Shown: positions 1 through 9,234, counted from the first letter of the stretch. The stretch: DNA of 54,518 nucleotides from Candidatus Nanopelagicales bacterium (GCA_041675125.1 JBAYUM010000002.1:1-54518); one strand, 5' to 3'. Notes: a model not told the origin generated them from the letters alone. Numbers and translations are program-made.

Positions 1-1124
1 AAGATCTGGGCCATCTCGATGACCCCACCCTCGACGCGACCAGGCAGGGCGGTGACCTCCCGGATGAGTCGCGCCCCACCGGCATCAGTGACCGCATGAA
101 TGACCAGATCGACGCAACCAGCAACAGTCGGCACCACGAAATCGCCCGGAATGTTCTGCCCGGCAAGGAGCGGCAGGGTGCAGAGTTTCGTCACAGCCTC
201 ACGAGCACTGTTGGCATGAAGGGTGGCCATCGATGGCAGGCCGCTATTCATCGCAACCAGCAGATCGAGGGCCTCGGCTTGCCGCACCTCGCCGACGATG
301 AGTCGCGTGGGACGCATTCGCAGGGCCTCGCGAATCAGCCGGCGCAGGGGAATCTCGCCCGTCCCCTCCAGTCCGGCATCGCGCGTCTGCATCGCGACCC
401 AGTCAGGGTGAGCAAGGTGGATCTCAAAGACCTCCTCGCAGCTCACGATCCGCTCAGACGAATCGATCGAGCCCAGGAGCGCGTTCAGGAGCGTTGTCTT
501 GCCAGCCTGAGTACCTCCTGCAATCACGATATTGAGGCCGCTGGCAACAGCGGCATGCAGGAAGGTCGCCGCCTGAGATGACAGCATGCCCAATGGGACC
601 AGATCCGCGATGTGACGCGGTCGAACCACGAATCTGCGGATATTGACGGCCCAGTGACGTCGAGTGATGTCAGGGATCACCACATGAAGTCGACTGCCGT
701 CAGGCAGGATCGCGTCGACGAATGGGCTCGAGACATCCAGACGCCGACCCGAGATGCGCAGCATTCGCTCGACCAGATCGCGGACCTCGCGATCCGTGAG
801 CACAACGGTGGTGAGCTCAGGCCTGCCGCGGCGGGCGATGAAGATACGACCCGGCTCGTTGATCCAGATCTCTTCGACGGTCGGATCATCGAAGAACGGC
901 TGCAGCGCGCCGAACCCCGCAATCGCCTGATGAACATCCTTGGCGATTTCATTCGCATCACCCTGGCCTGCTTCTCCCCCATGAGTGATCCACGCTTCAG
1001 TTGCGAACTGGGTGACGAGAGCCTTGAAGTGCTCCGGCTGAGTCAGCGGATCCAGCCCTTCATGACGAATGGCCGAACGAACGCGCTGTTCGACGTTCTC
1101 GCGCACCTGCGCTGCTGTGAACAT
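1..1124 (-). CDS. cpaF: CpaF/TadA-type Flp (Tad) pilus / type II-IV secretion ATPase; 3' end runs off the window
   Basis: Absent from the ORF track because there is no stop in the window. My minus-strand translation from ATG 1124 reads MFTAAQVRENVEQRV...PDGSRLHVVIP...GLNIVIAGGTQAGKTTLLNALLG (Walker A)...RLIVGEVRQAEALDLLVAMNSGLPSMATLHANSA, the VirB11/CpaF ATPase core. Confidence 0.85.
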   Translation of the reverse strand, partial: MFTAAQVRENVEQRVRSAIRHEGLDPLTQPEHFKALVTQFATEAWITHGGEAGQGDANEIAKDVHQAIAGFGALQPFFDDPTVEEIWINEPGRIFIARRGRPELTTVVLTDREVRDLVERMLRISGRRLDVSSPFVDAILPDGSRLHVVIPDITRRHWAVNIRRFVVRPRHIADLVPLGMLSSQAATFLHAAVASGLNIVIAGGTQAGKTTLLNALLGSIDSSERIVSCEEVFEIHLAHPDWVAMQTRDAGLEGTGEIPLRRLIREALRMRPTRLIVGEVRQAEALDLLVAMNSGLPSMATLHANSAREAVTKLCTLPLLAGQNIPGDFVVPTVAGCVDLVIHAVTDAGGARLIREVTALPGRVEGGVIEMAQI

Positions 1125-1227
1125 TGCTCCCCCGTCGCCGACTTCGGCCACGGTAAGCCGAGCGCGCCGGTCTCAGAAAGACCAACAACACGAGCTGTGC
1201 ATAACTGCGGTCTTGGGGATAACCGAT

Positions 1228-2118
1228 TCAGCAGAACCGCTTGATCCATGCTTCAGCGACAACGTCCGGGAACTCCATCTGCGACACATGCGCCGAGTCG
1301 GCGAGCACCATCACCTCGGCATCCTTGAAGTGCTTGGTGCTGCGATAGGCACTGCGCGAGTCGACGAGTGGATCCTTTCGCCCGTAGATGAGCAGGGTCC
1401 TGCTCTGAATGAGCTCCGCCAGCTTCCACGGTCGGCGTCGGCCGCGATCGAAATAGGAGCCGAGCAGTCCACGCAGCGACTGCAGGAAGGCGTCGTCGGC
1501 GTAGGTGAAGCCGTTTCGGATCGTCGCCTCTTCAACGGCCTCCTCGAAGCGCTGCTCGGCAACCCGTGAGGGATCGGCGAAGACGGTGTTGATGGTCGAC
1601 TGCACGCGGACTTCCGTGGGCAGCTTGCCGTAGCGCGAGACCACTGACTCGCCAAGTCCGGGAACAGCCATGACCGGCAGGGTGAAGTTCGACTTATTGG
1701 GATGGATGTCAGGCAGGGCTGGCGAGATCAGCGTCAGGGTGCGGACCAGGTCAGGGCGCCGGGCTGCCACTTGCACTGCAACGGCACCACCCATGGAGTT
1801 GCCGAAGAGGTGCACCGGCGTTCCGTCGAGCCTCTGCTCGATGAAGTCGACTGCAGCCCGCGCATGACCCAGGGGCGTGTAGTCGCCATCGCGTGGCGGG
1901 GGCGAGATGCCAAAGCCGTTGAGATCGAGTGCCCAGCCCTCGACATGCGGCTGGAGCAGCCCCATGAGGTCGGTCCAGTTGAGTGAGGATCCCCCCAGCC
2001 CATGCAGGTAGAGCGCTGATTCCGCTCCCGGCTTAGTGGATGGAGCATGTCGCACGGCGAGTGTGCGCGACACTAAGGAGAACTCAGTTCGCGGCCAAGG
2101 GGGGATGAGTTCTGACAC
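1228..2118 (-). CDS. alpha/beta-fold hydrolase
   Basis: 296-aa ORF with an HGLGGSSLNW oxyanion region and a GNSMGG nucleophile elbow. Confidence 0.8.
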   Translation of the reverse strand: MSELIPPWPRTEFSLVSRTLAVRHAPSTKPGAESALYLHGLGGSSLNWTDLMGLLQPHVEGWALDLNGFGISPPPRDGDYTPLGHARAAVDFIEQRLDGTPVHLFGNSMGGAVAVQVAARRPDLVRTLTLISPALPDIHPNKSNFTLPVMAVPGLGESVVSRYGKLPTEVRVQSTINTVFADPSRVAEQRFEEAVEEATIRNGFTYADDAFLQSLRGLLGSYFDRGRRRPWKLAELIQSRTLLIYGRKDPLVDSRSAYRSTKHFKDAEVMVLADSAHVSQMEFPDVVAEAWIKRFC

Positions 2119-2187
2119 CCCGCAAGGCTACCGAGCCGGAGTCAACTGACACGATGACCGCCTACGCACCGAGTAAAGGGTTATGAC

Positions 2188-2409
2188 ATGGAAATCAAGA
2201 TCGGCGTCCAGTACTCAGCACGCGAGATCAGCCTCGACAGCGAGGACAAGGCCGAGGACGTGAAGGCGGCCATTGACACCGCGATCGCAAGCGGTGGGGT
2301 GCTGACGCTCACTGATGACCGCGGTCGCACGGTGATCGTGCCTGCGGACAAGATCACGTATGTCGAAATCGGGCCTGTCACGAGCCGCAAGGTCGGCTTC
2401 GGTCACTAA
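2188..2409 (+). CDS. DUF3107-like small protein
   Basis: 73-aa ORF MEIKIGVQYSAREISLDSEDKAEDV... It matches my memory of the small actinobacterial family found beside DEAD-box helicase genes. Confidence 0.75.
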   Translation: MEIKIGVQYSAREISLDSEDKAEDVKAAIDTAIASGGVLTLTDDRGRTVIVPADKITYVEIGPVTSRKVGFGH

Positions 2410-3098
2410 GCAGCAAGTCCCAGCGCGGTCATTCGCCGTGCATGGTTCTCGGTGAGTCGGGCCAGCATGCGCCCGATCTCAGCGAGATCCGCTCCAGGAC
2501 GATCGACCCCGCCGACGATCAGGACTGACAGCGAGTCGTGCTCGGCCGCCACTCGCTGCGATTGCGAAAGCGCCTCGCCCACGAGTCTGCGGCCCCACAG
2601 GGCAAGTCGTCCCGCCACTTTCGGATCCTCCTGGATCGCAAGTCGGACGCGATCGACGATGAACTCCTGGTGCTCGAAGTCGTCGCATACCCGCAGGACG
2701 AGCGTGCGGGTCTCACCGTCCAGCAGGTTGGCGATCTCGCGATAGAAATCCGAGGCGATGCCCTCACCTACGTAGGCCTTGACCATGCCCTCAAGCCAGT
2801 CGCTCGGGGCCGTATGCGCGTGGAACTCGTCGAGGGGCTTGCGAAACTCCAGCATGACCTGGTCGGGATCGGCGCCGAGCACCTCGATGCGCTGGCGCAG
2901 ATCCTCGAAATGCTGGAACTCGCTGGTGGCAAGGCGCGCGAGGGCGATCTTGTCCTCGATCAAGGGGGCCAGGGCGGCGTCAGTGGCCAGGCGCTCGAAG
3001 GCCATGAGCTCTCCCATGGCCAACAGGCCGAGCAGGTCCACGATGGCCGATCGGTACTCGGGGTCGTTCTCCAGGGTTTCTGCGGAAGGCGTCGTCAT
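2406..3098 (-). CDS. ferritin-like fold protein (function unknown)
   Basis: 230-aa helical, E/H-rich ORF (EFQHFEDL, DEFHAH, DFEHQEF). Its stop overlaps the DUF3107 stop region. It sits next to the helicase as in other actinobacteria (recalled). Confidence 0.65.
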   Translation of the reverse strand: MTTPSAETLENDPEYRSAIVDLLGLLAMGELMAFERLATDAALAPLIEDKIALARLATSEFQHFEDLRQRIEVLGADPDQVMLEFRKPLDEFHAHTAPSDWLEGMVKAYVGEGIASDFYREIANLLDGETRTLVLRVCDDFEHQEFIVDRVRLAIQEDPKVAGRLALWGRRLVGEALSQSQRVAAEHDSLSVLIVGGVDRPGADLAEIGRMLARLTENHARRMTALGLAA

Positions 3099-3162
3099 GA
3101 TGCGCCAAGGCTAGTAGTCGCCCTCTGGGTACACTGGGGATTCATCGTGCTGGCACGGGCCT

Positions 3163-4725
3163 TTGGCCTGCCGCCCCACGAGCAGACACTGGGGAGTCAC
3201 CCTGAGCACTTCATCCACCGTTGACCCGACGCAAGCACCGACGTTTGCTGAGCTGGGCACCGATCCAACCATTGTTGCCGCCCTTCTCGAAGATGGCATC
3301 GAACGCGCATTCCCTATCCAGGAGATGTGCCTCTCGATGGCGCTCGAAGGCCGCGACATCATCGGACAGGCCAAGACCGGAACCGGCAAGACCCTCGGAT
3401 TCGGCATTCCTCTCCTGCAGCGCATTGATCTCGAGGGCAACCGCGACCGTCCGCAGGCACTGGTCATCTGCCCGACCCGCGAACTGGGACTGCAGGTCGC
3501 AACGGACCTGGAACGCGCTGGTCGCCTGCGTGGCATCCGGGTGCTCGCCGTCTATGGCGGGCGCGCCTATGAGCCGCAGATCGAGGCACTGAGGAACGGA
3601 GTTGATGTCGTGGTCGGCACGCCGGGCCGCATCATCGACCTGTCCAACCGTCGCGATCTCGACCTTTCGGAGGTGCGCTGCCTGGTCCTCGACGAAGCCG
3701 ACGAGATGCTCGACATGGGCTTCCTGCCCGATGTCGAGCGCATCGTGTCGGCCATTCCGGACAAGCGCCAGACCATGCTGTTCTCGGCGACGATGCCCGG
3801 GCAGATCGTCAATCTCGCACGTCGCTACATGACCCAGCCGACCCACATCCGCGCCAGCGAACCGGGTGACGACAACGCCACGGTCGATGCGATCGAGCAG
3901 CATGTGTGGCGCGCGCATCCGATGGACAAGATCGAGATTCTCGCGCGCATCCTGCAGGCCGAGAGCCGCCAGTTGGCGATGATCTTCACCCGCACCAAGC
4001 GCAAGGCGCAGAAGATCGCCGATGAGCTCACCGAACGCGGCTTCGCCGTGGGCAGTGTTCATGGCGATCTGGGCCAGGGAGCCCGCGAGCAGGCACTGCG
4101 TGCCTTCCGCAACGGCAAGGTCGACATCCTCGTTGCCACCGACGTTGCCGCCCGCGGCATCGACGTCGACAACGTCACGCACGTGATCAACTACGAATGC
4201 CCTGATGATGAGAAGACCTACCTGCACCGCATCGGTCGCACCGGTCGCGCCGGTGCATCAGGCGTTGCCGTGACCCTCGTCGACTGGGAGGACATCGCCC
4301 GCTGGCAGATGATCGATCGTGCGCTCAAGCTGCCGTTCAAGGATCCGATCGAGACCTACTCGACAAGCGATCACATCTACACCGGGTTGAACATCCCCGC
4401 CGGCACCACCGGCAGCCTGCCCAAGTCTGGTCAGACCCGCAAGGGACTCAGTGCCGAATCCGTGGAGGATCTCGGAGAGACCGGCAAGAAGCCGAAGTCG
4501 TCGGGATCACATGGCAAGGGCTCTCATCACGGTGACAAGCCGCGTGGAGACAAGCCTCGCAATGACCGTCCGCGCAGCGACAGGCCTCGCAACGACAAGC
4601 CGCGCGGAGAGCGTCCTGCTGCATCCGAGCAGTCCAAGGGCGATGAGGCAACCCTGAGCACTGACAAGGCCCGTCAACGCCGTCGCACCCGGAGCGGCAA
4701 TGCAGCGGCGCCGAAGGCCGAGTGA
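3163..4725 (+). CDS. DEAD-box ATP-dependent RNA helicase with a basic repeat tail
   Basis: Motifs present: TFAELG (Q), AKTGTGKT (I), PTRELG (Ia), LDEADEM (II), SAT (III), HRIGRTGRAG (VI). The start is uncertain: TTG 3163 has no clear SD. Confidence 0.9.
   Translation: MACRPTSRHWGVTLSTSSTVDPTQAPTFAELGTDPTIVAALLEDGIERAFPIQEMCLSMALEGRDIIGQAKTGTGKTLGFGIPLLQRIDLEGNRDRPQALVICPTRELGLQVATDLERAGRLRGIRVLAVYGGRAYEPQIEALRNGVDVVVGTPGRIIDLSNRRDLDLSEVRCLVLDEADEMLDMGFLPDVERIVSAIPDKRQTMLFSATMPGQIVNLARRYMTQPTHIRASEPGDDNATVDAIEQHVWRAHPMDKIEILARILQAESRQLAMIFTRTKRKAQKIADELTERGFAVGSVHGDLGQGAREQALRAFRNGKVDILVATDVAARGIDVDNVTHVINYECPDDEKTYLHRIGRTGRAGASGVAVTLVDWEDIARWQMIDRALKLPFKDPIETYSTSDHIYTGLNIPAGTTGSLPKSGQTRKGLSAESVEDLGETGKKPKSSGSHGKGSHHGDKPRGDKPRNDRPRSDRPRNDKPRGERPAASEQSKGDEATLSTDKARQRRRTRSGNAAAPKAE
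4531..4617 (+). repeat. 15-bp in-frame tandem repeat (x5-6) encoding (G/N/S)D(K/R)PR pentapeptides in the helicase C-tail
   Basis: Reads GDKPR GDKPR NDRPR SDRPR NDKPR GERP directly from ggtgacaagccgcgt ggagacaagcctcgc aatgaccgtccgcgc agcgacaggcctcgc aacgacaagccgcgc. Confidence 0.85.
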
Positions 4726-4726
4726 C

Positions 4727-5485
4727 TCAGGCGAGTCGTTCGACCAGCACCCGGGCCAGTTCGCGATAGTCGCGTGCGCCGATGCTCGTGGGTGCCGTCG
4801 ACAGCACTGTCCTGCCCGCTGCCGGTGCTTCAGCGAAGCGAATCGATCGGTGAATAGCGGGCAGCACCGTGACGCCATAGGTGCCCGGGAGATCTGCGAG
4901 CACTGCCCGGGCGTGGGTGGTGCGTCCATCGAATTGCGTGGGAATGATGCCAGCGATCGTCAGTGCCGGATTGGCATAGGCACGCACGTCGTCAATGGTC
5001 TGCAGCAGCTGGCCTACACCGCGATGCGAGAGCGTCTCGCACTGCAGGGGAATCGCTACTGACTGCGCGGCAATCAGGGCGCCGACTGTGACGATGCCAA
5101 GCGAAGGCGCACAGTCCAGCAGCACCCAGTCATACGAATGGCGAAGGGGCTCGATGGCCTGACGCACGGCGAACTCCCTGCCCTTGGTCGAGCTCAGCGC
5201 CGAGTCCGCATCCGCAAGGCGGATTGTCGCCGGCACGAGATCAACGCCGTCGGACGTGCGGATGATGGCGCGGCCCACCGCAGTCCCGTCGATGAGGATC
5301 TCTCGTGCACCGATCCGCACATCCTCCGGATCGATCCCAAGGCTGAAGGTCGCACATGCCTGCGCGTCAAGGTCGACCACGACCACCCGCAACCCGAACT
5401 CGGCAAGGGCTGCACCCACGCTGACCACTGAGGTGGTCTTCCCCACCCCACCCTTCTGATTCGCAAATGCGAGGATGCGGGCCAT
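4727..5485 (-). CDS. ParA/Soj-family ATPase (orphan, no parB nearby)
   Basis: 252-aa ORF starting MARILAFANQKGGVGKTTS (deviant Walker A). It is convergent with the helicase, 1 nt apart. Confidence 0.85.
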   Translation of the reverse strand: MARILAFANQKGGVGKTTSVVSVGAALAEFGLRVVVVDLDAQACATFSLGIDPEDVRIGAREILIDGTAVGRAIIRTSDGVDLVPATIRLADADSALSSTKGREFAVRQAIEPLRHSYDWVLLDCAPSLGIVTVGALIAAQSVAIPLQCETLSHRGVGQLLQTIDDVRAYANPALTIAGIIPTQFDGRTTHARAVLADLPGTYGVTVLPAIHRSIRFAEAPAAGRTVLSTAPTSIGARDYRELARVLVERLA

Positions 5486-5523
5486 ACCCGCATTGTGCCG
5501 TGCTGGATCTACCCTTACTCGAT

Positions 5524-5901
5524 ATGCGGTTCAAGGTCGAGCTCTCCGGTGACTCCGCACAGCTCCTCGCCACCCGCACTGCCCTGGCAGCCTGGGCTGC
5601 CGATCTTCCCGGACTGGTCGATGACCTGGTGATCATCGCCGGCGAGCTGTGCTCCAATGCGATCCGCCATGGCCAGGCACCGATCCAGGTCACTGCGTCA
5701 CGCACGTCCTCGGGAGTGGGCCTTTGCGTTCGCCAGCGCAATCGTCCCGTAAGCAGCTGGCCCAGGCTCATGACCACAGGCCCCGATGAGAGCGGTGGTC
5801 GCGGACTGCTCATCGTGGATCGGCTGTCGGATGAGTGGGGATGGCGAGCGAGCGGCACGTGGACCGAGGCCTGGGCGGCAATCGATGACTCGCGGGCGTA
5901 G
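5524..5901 (+). CDS. RsbW-like anti-sigma factor / HATPase_c serine kinase-like protein
   Basis: Has the ELCSNAIRHG N-box and a DESGGRGLLIVDRLS G-box. I prefer ATG 5524 because the longer ORF (5467) overlaps the parA-like start. Confidence 0.7.
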   Translation: MRFKVELSGDSAQLLATRTALAAWAADLPGLVDDLVIIAGELCSNAIRHGQAPIQVTASRTSSGVGLCVRQRNRPVSSWPRLMTTGPDESGGRGLLIVDRLSDEWGWRASGTWTEAWAAIDDSRA

Positions 5902-5949
5902 GCATGCAGCCGCACGCCTGAATCCGCCCGACGACGGTAACCTTTCACA

Positions 5950-7197
5950 ATGACAACAAGCGCCACTCGGGTCTTCCTTGCCCGGCTCGCCGGAGTGCGC
6001 GTGTTCGATCCCAGTGGCGAGCAGCTGGGCAAGGTGCGAGACAGCATCATCGTGCTGCGCACCGGCGCCCCTCGCCTGACCGGGCTTGTCGTCGAGGTCC
6101 AGGCCCACCGTCGCATCTTCGTGCCGATGTCCAAGGTCACCTCGATCGACTCCAACCAGATCATCGTGACCGGAGTGGTGAACCTGCGCCGCTTCGAGAA
6201 GCGTCAGAACGAGACCCTGCTGACAGCCGAACTGCTGGATCGCACGGTTGATCTCATCGAGACGGGCGAACTCGTGTCGGTTGTCGACGTGGGCGTGGAA
6301 CTGGATCGCACCAAGGACTGGATCGTCACCCAGCTGTTCATCCAGAAGGGCACCAGTGGCTTCCGTCGCCGTGGCGAGCGCCTGGTGGTCGACTGGGAGG
6401 AGGTGCGCGGCCTGTCGATGCCGAGCACGACCGACCAGAGCGCATCGACGATGCTCGCCTCGATCGACAACCTGCGTGCCGCCGATATCGCGGCGCTGCT
6501 CCACGAATTGCCCGCGAAGCGTCGACTGGAGATCGCCCGTCAGCTCAATGACGATCGTCTCGCCGATGTGCTGGAAGAACTGCCCGAGGACGACCGGGTG
6601 GAGATCGTGCAGATGCTCGAGGTCGAGCGCGCTGCCGACGTCATCGAGGAGATGGATCCCGACGACGCAGCCGACCTGATCTCCGAGCTGCCACCGGATC
6701 GCGCTGCGGACCTGCTCGAGCGCATGGAGCCTGACGAGGCCGACGACATCCGGCGACTGCTGTCCTATGACGACTTCAGCGCCGGCGGAATGATGACCAC
6801 CGAGCCTGTCGTGTTGAGTCCGGACTCCACGGTTGCCGATGCCCTGGCCCAGATCCGCAATCCCGATCTTTCGCCAGCACTGGCCTCGCAGGTGTACGTC
6901 ACACGCAGCCCGACGGAGACTCCGACCGGCAGGTACCTGGGCACCTGCCACTTCCAGCGACTGCTGCGCGAGCCTCCCGCCACCCTTGTCTCCGCACTCG
7001 TCGACTCAGACCTGGTTCCTGTTCGCCCTGATGCACCCTTGAGCCAGATCACGCGCACGTTCGCCGCCTACAACCTGGCAGCCCTGCCCGTGGTCGACCA
7101 GAACGGCCATCTGCTGGGTGCCGTGACCGTTGACGACCTCATCGACCACATGCTGCCTGAGGACTGGCGCGAGAACGACGGGGAAGATCGTGGTTAG
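5950..7197 (+). CDS. MgtE N-terminal domain + CBS-pair protein lacking the membrane pore domain
   Basis: Acidic helical MgtE_N repeats (LLHELPAKRRLEIARQLNDDRLADVLEELPEDDRVEIVQML...DPDDAADLISELPPDRAADLLERMEPDEADDIRRLL) are followed by a CBS pair. No TM segments are present. Confidence 0.8.
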   Translation: MTTSATRVFLARLAGVRVFDPSGEQLGKVRDSIIVLRTGAPRLTGLVVEVQAHRRIFVPMSKVTSIDSNQIIVTGVVNLRRFEKRQNETLLTAELLDRTVDLIETGELVSVVDVGVELDRTKDWIVTQLFIQKGTSGFRRRGERLVVDWEEVRGLSMPSTTDQSASTMLASIDNLRAADIAALLHELPAKRRLEIARQLNDDRLADVLEELPEDDRVEIVQMLEVERAADVIEEMDPDDAADLISELPPDRAADLLERMEPDEADDIRRLLSYDDFSAGGMMTTEPVVLSPDSTVADALAQIRNPDLSPALASQVYVTRSPTETPTGRYLGTCHFQRLLREPPATLVSALVDSDLVPVRPDAPLSQITRTFAAYNLAALPVVDQNGHLLGAVTVDDLIDHMLPEDWRENDGEDRG

Positions 7198-7735
7198 CCG
7201 ACCTACTCGGCGCTCGGCGGGCCTGGACCAGCCGTATCAGCGCAGTCGATCCCTTCGCGGCACCTACGACCCCGAGCGCTTCGGCCGAGTGTCGGAGCGA
7301 GTGGCGCGCTATATCGGCTCCTGGGCCTTCATCGCTTGGATGTCCGTGGTCATCACCGCGTGGGTACTGCTCAACACCATCGGCCCGACCGACTGGCACG
7401 TGGATCCCTTCCCCTTCATCTTCCTGACGCTGCTGCTCTCGCTCCAGGCCTCGTACGCCGCGCCACTGATCCTGTTGGCGCAGAACCGGCAGTCGGACCG
7501 GGATCGGGTGCAGTACCAGGAGGATCGACTCCGCACCGAGCGGCTCCTGGCCGATAGCGACTACCTGGCTCGCGAGATCGCCGCCCTGCGCCTGGCACTG
7601 GGAGAAGTGGCCACGCGCGACTACATTCGCGGTGAACTGCGTGACATGGTCGCTGACCTGCGAGACCACATCGACACGCTCAATCTCGATGATCCGCCCA
7701 AGCCCAAGGATCGGGACCGCAAGCGGGACCGCTAG
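7190..7735 (+). CDS. DUF1003 membrane protein
   Basis: GTG 7190 overlaps the upstream stop (GTGGTTAG). Two TM helices (WAFIAWMSVVITAWVLL; FPFIFLTLLLSLQASYAAPLILLAQNRQ) are followed by a coiled, charged tail. Confidence 0.75.
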   Translation: MVSRPTRRSAGLDQPYQRSRSLRGTYDPERFGRVSERVARYIGSWAFIAWMSVVITAWVLLNTIGPTDWHVDPFPFIFLTLLLSLQASYAAPLILLAQNRQSDRDRVQYQEDRLRTERLLADSDYLAREIAALRLALGEVATRDYIRGELRDMVADLRDHIDTLNLDDPPKPKDRDRKRDR

Positions 7736-7752
7736 CTCCAACGCCTAGCATC

Positions 7753-8895
7753 GTGTCCATGCAACCCAATCTCGATGCGATCAACGTTGCCTTGGCAACG
7801 GTGAAAGACCCTGAAATCCACCGGCCCATCACAGAGCTCGGCATGCTGAAGTCTGTCGATATCCAAGCCAATGGCCTGGTCAAGGTCGGTGTCTACCTCA
7901 CGGTTGCCGGCTGTCCGATGCGCGACACCATCACCGACCGCGTGACCACGGCCGTCATGGCGGTCCCAGGAGTTGTCAGCGTCCAGGTCGAGCTCGATGT
8001 GATGAGCGACGAGCAGCGCGCTGCGATGAAGGCCACGCTGCGGGGCGGGGCCGACAAGGAGAACCCATTCAACCGACCGGGCAGCACCACGCGCATCTAT
8101 GCGATCGCCTCCGGCAAGGGCGGCGTGGGCAAGTCCTCGGTCACCGCGAACCTCGCGGCCGCCATGGCCCAGCAGGGCCTGTCGGTCGGGCTCCTGGACG
8201 CCGATATCTACGGCCACTCGATCCCACGCATGCTCGACGCACTCGATGCCCCGACCATGGTCGAAGGCATGATCATGCCGCCGACTGGCCATGGCGTTCG
8301 GGTGATCTCGATGCTGTCATTCAAGCCGGGCGGAGTCACGCAGCCAGTCGCCTTCCGCGGACCGATGCTGCATCGCGCCCTCGAGCAGTTCCTCACCGAC
8401 GTGTGGTGGGGCGACTTGGACGTGCTGCTGCTGGACCTGCCACCGGGCACTGGCGACATCGCCATCTCGACGGCGCAACTGCTGCCGGGTGCTGAGCTCG
8501 TCATCGTGACGACGCCTCAGATCGCTGCTGCGGATGTCTCAGTCCGTGCCGGAACGCTCGCAGAGCAGACGCACCAGAAGGTCGCCGGCGTCATCGAGAA
8601 CATGAGCAGCTTCCCCTGCCCGCATTGCGGCGAGCCGATGGACCTGTTCGGCGTCGGTGGCGGAGCACTCGTCGCCGGTGCGATCTCCAAGGTGTTGGGC
8701 ACGGATGTTCCCGTCCTGGGCCAGATTCCCTTCGATGTCGCACTGCGCGAGGGTGGTGACAACGGTCAACCGCTCGTCATCAGCAACCCCACTGCGCCTG
8801 CATCGGTTGCCTTGCGCGAGATCGCTGAGAAGCTCGGCAAGCGCCCACGTGGACTCGCCGGGCTCTCACTGGGCATCACCCCGGCCGGACGCTGA
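7753..8895 (+). CDS. mrp: Mrp/ApbC Fe-S cluster carrier ATPase
   Basis: Has an N-terminal DUF59-like segment (VKDPEIHRPITELGM), the SGKGGVGKSS P-loop and a CPHCG motif. Confidence 0.9.
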   Translation: MSMQPNLDAINVALATVKDPEIHRPITELGMLKSVDIQANGLVKVGVYLTVAGCPMRDTITDRVTTAVMAVPGVVSVQVELDVMSDEQRAAMKATLRGGADKENPFNRPGSTTRIYAIASGKGGVGKSSVTANLAAAMAQQGLSVGLLDADIYGHSIPRMLDALDAPTMVEGMIMPPTGHGVRVISMLSFKPGGVTQPVAFRGPMLHRALEQFLTDVWWGDLDVLLLDLPPGTGDIAISTAQLLPGAELVIVTTPQIAAADVSVRAGTLAEQTHQKVAGVIENMSSFPCPHCGEPMDLFGVGGGALVAGAISKVLGTDVPVLGQIPFDVALREGGDNGQPLVISNPTAPASVALREIAEKLGKRPRGLAGLSLGITPAGR

Positions 8896-8919
8896 CTGCT
8901 GCACGAAACGAGCCGCAGG

Positions 8920-9234
8920 CTACGTCGCATCCGGATCGAAGGTCGGGGTCCCAGGAGCCGGCTGCGCTGGCTTGGGCGAAGGGTCGTCCTTGAGCAGGCT
9001 GCTGGCGATGCGCTTGGGATGCAGATCGGCCAAGCCCTTCACGGTGTCGACCGCTTCATTGAGGTCCAAGCCTGCCGAATCCGCGAGATCCTGCTTGGCT
9101 CCTGCAGCCATGGATCGGATCTGCTTGAGGAACCTGGCTCCATCAGCGGCTGCCTTGGGCAGCTTGTCAGGTCCGAAGATCAGCAGGCCAATGGCGGCAA
9201 GGGCGAAGATCTCTCCGATCCCGATGTCGAACAC
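8920..9234 (-). CDS. tatB: Sec-independent translocase TatB (TatA/B family)
   Basis: MFDIGIGEIFALAAIGLLIFGPDKLPK, i.e. an N-terminal TM helix plus amphipathic helix. It lies 19 nt downstream of htrA. Confidence 0.8.
   Translation of the reverse strand: MFDIGIGEIFALAAIGLLIFGPDKLPKAAADGARFLKQIRSMAAGAKQDLADSAGLDLNEAVDTVKGLADLHPKRIASSLLKDDPSPKPAQPAPGTPTFDPDAT

Noticed and set aside
1137-1149. 13-mer GCCGACTTCGGCC shared with 19449-19461, as a possible dispersed palindromic repeat
   Set aside because: In about 54 kb, tens of 13-mer coincidences are expected by chance (N squared / 2 divided by 4 to the 13th is about 20, and more with GC bias). The flanks do not match.
3211-4227. 338-aa minus-strand ORF antisense to the DEAD-box helicase. 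Similar cases are 25720-26646 opposite typA, 29492-30529 opposite ychF, 20005-21276 opposite the VanW-like gene and 52014-52946 opposite the DUF2786 gene.
   Set aside because: All lie opposite genes with clear motifs and translate to D/G/R/H-rich low-complexity sequence. I treat them as non-coding.
5698-6951. 417-aa minus-strand ORF antisense to the MgtE-like gene
   Set aside because: It is rich in R/G/A/H with no recognisable motifs, and it lies fully antisense to a gene with clear domain signatures. This is the typical long open frame produced by high GC content.
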